From positions 53,320,001 through 53,384,000 of the forward strand of contig OZ024742.1 of NCBI GenBank assembly GCA_964016885.1: a DNA stretch of 64,000 nt, written 5' to 3'. Source of the stretch: Eledone cirrhosa (lineage: Eukaryota). This document shows, one piece after another, positions 63,700-64,000 of this stretch. Numbering within the stretch: position 1 is the stretch's first letter; each line of letters opens with the position of its first letter. The position numbers and the translations under genes are program-made. The notes below the pieces were generated by a model. The model saw only the letters and a list, made by a program, of their open reading frames with translations, was not told the origin of the DNA and did no database searches.

Positions 63700-64000
63700 C
63701 CCTACATACCTACCTACTTATCTATATACTTATCTATCTACCTAACAACCTACCTACCTGCCTACCTACCTACCTGCCTGCCTACCTGCCTACCTATCAA
63801 CCTACCTACATACCTCCCTATCTCTCTACCTACCTGCTTACCTGCCTACATACCTACCTGACTGCATTCTTACCTATCTAACTACTTGCCTACCTATCAA
63901 CCTACCTATGTGCCTGCCTGTCTACCTGCCTGCCTACCTACCTACCTATCTACCTCCCAATTAACCTACTTACCAGCTTAACCAACTACCAATGTACCTA
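63700..64000. repeat. (CCTA/CCTG)n degenerate tetranucleotide tract
   Basis: Direct reading. Confidence 0.9.

Overview
AT-rich, repeat-dominated eukaryotic DNA with abundant (TA)n, (CT)n and (AAT)n tracts. The SINE/LINE repertoire suggests a cephalopod mollusc such as Octopus (inference only). Nearly all listed ORFs are microsatellite noise. Recognisable content: a PHD-type LINE ORF1 remnant, RTE, R4/Dong-like and CRE-like LINE fragments, a decayed Penelope-like element (RT + GIY-YIG), a young 4.1-kb Gypsy-type LTR retrotransposon with a -1 frameshift pseudoknot but no TSD, two DD37D (maT) transposons, mariner-like and piggyBac-like MITEs, two SINE superfamilies, a local mosaic duplication (28.3-40.6 kb), a GCGCATGCGC minisatellite, and probable 5' exons of an unidentified host gene at 41.3 and 43.7 kb. 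The most striking unannotated signal is a set of about eight mostly fold-back (arm-spacer-inverted arm-tail) non-coding elements sitting in (TA)n tracts. Most carry minimal type I hammerhead ribozymes with palindromic stem III, the form known from Penelope-like elements. One of them (24162-24955) contains an exact 440-nt terminally redundant monomer with a single hammerhead, as expected for a retrotransposed circular (retrozyme-like) RNA. All alignments and pairings were read by eye, so repeat boundaries are approximate.
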